Assembly (NCBI RefSeq): GCF_963678975.1
Contig: NC_089278.1
Coordinates: forward strand, 6,612,531 to 6,676,530
From: Dysidea avara
Taxonomy: Eukaryota
Direction of reading: 5' to 3'
Length of the DNA stretch: 64,000 bases
The stretch's first letter is position 1. Each line of letters begins with the position of its first letter. Both the position numbers and the translations under genes were made by a program. The notes below the pieces were generated by a model. The model had not been told where the DNA came from, made no database searches, and worked only from the letters and a program-made list of their open reading frames with translations. Below, in pieces: positions 59,361 to 64,000 of this stretch.

Positions 59361-64000
<4,640 letters not shown>

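Overview
This 64 kb window reads as nuclear DNA from an AT-rich animal whose introns are mostly 42-60 nt long. Six recognisable protein-coding genes were reconstructed by hand from splice sites and protein-family similarity. (1) A CABIN1/Hir3-like TPR gene runs on the minus strand from 8871 downward; its downstream exons probably continue toward the window start. (2) A stomatin-like protein 2 (STOML2) gene lies on the plus strand at about 10.1-12.3 kb. (3) A small N-myristoylated coiled-coil gene lies on the minus strand at 39.5-42.1 kb. (4) A signal-peptide-bearing DUF547 gene lies on the plus strand at 42.4-44.2 kb; a paralogous first exon sits at 44.87 kb. (5) COQ4 lies on the minus strand at 53.3-54.4 kb. 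(6) A Miro/RHOT mitochondrial Rho GTPase gene starts at 59361 on the plus strand and runs past the window end, with at least 21 exons. Between these genes the window is accessory sequence. It holds a tandemly duplicated, lineage-specific ('orphan') multi-exon gene unit at 28.2-32.4 kb and 32.4-39.3 kb. The two copies carry complementary lesions, and one exon is read in a different frame in one copy. Several LINE fragments are present. One is a CCHC plus PD-(D/E)xK endonuclease-type ORF with a long 3' region ending in (TAA)n. Two others are reverse-transcriptase C-terminal fragments. SINE-like elements share the LINE 3' tail. There are many MITE or foldback families, microsatellites and homopolymer tracts. 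A composite segmental duplication at 17.8-19.3 kb contains an inverted pseudo-copy of Miro exons 4-9. A palindromic TGACGTT-N4-WACGTCA motif sits in the putative promoters of both COQ4 and Miro; both genes encode mitochondrial proteins. No rRNA, genuine tRNA or CRISPR array was found. The ORF-track 'M' starts include non-ATG codons, so first residues were rechecked in the DNA.
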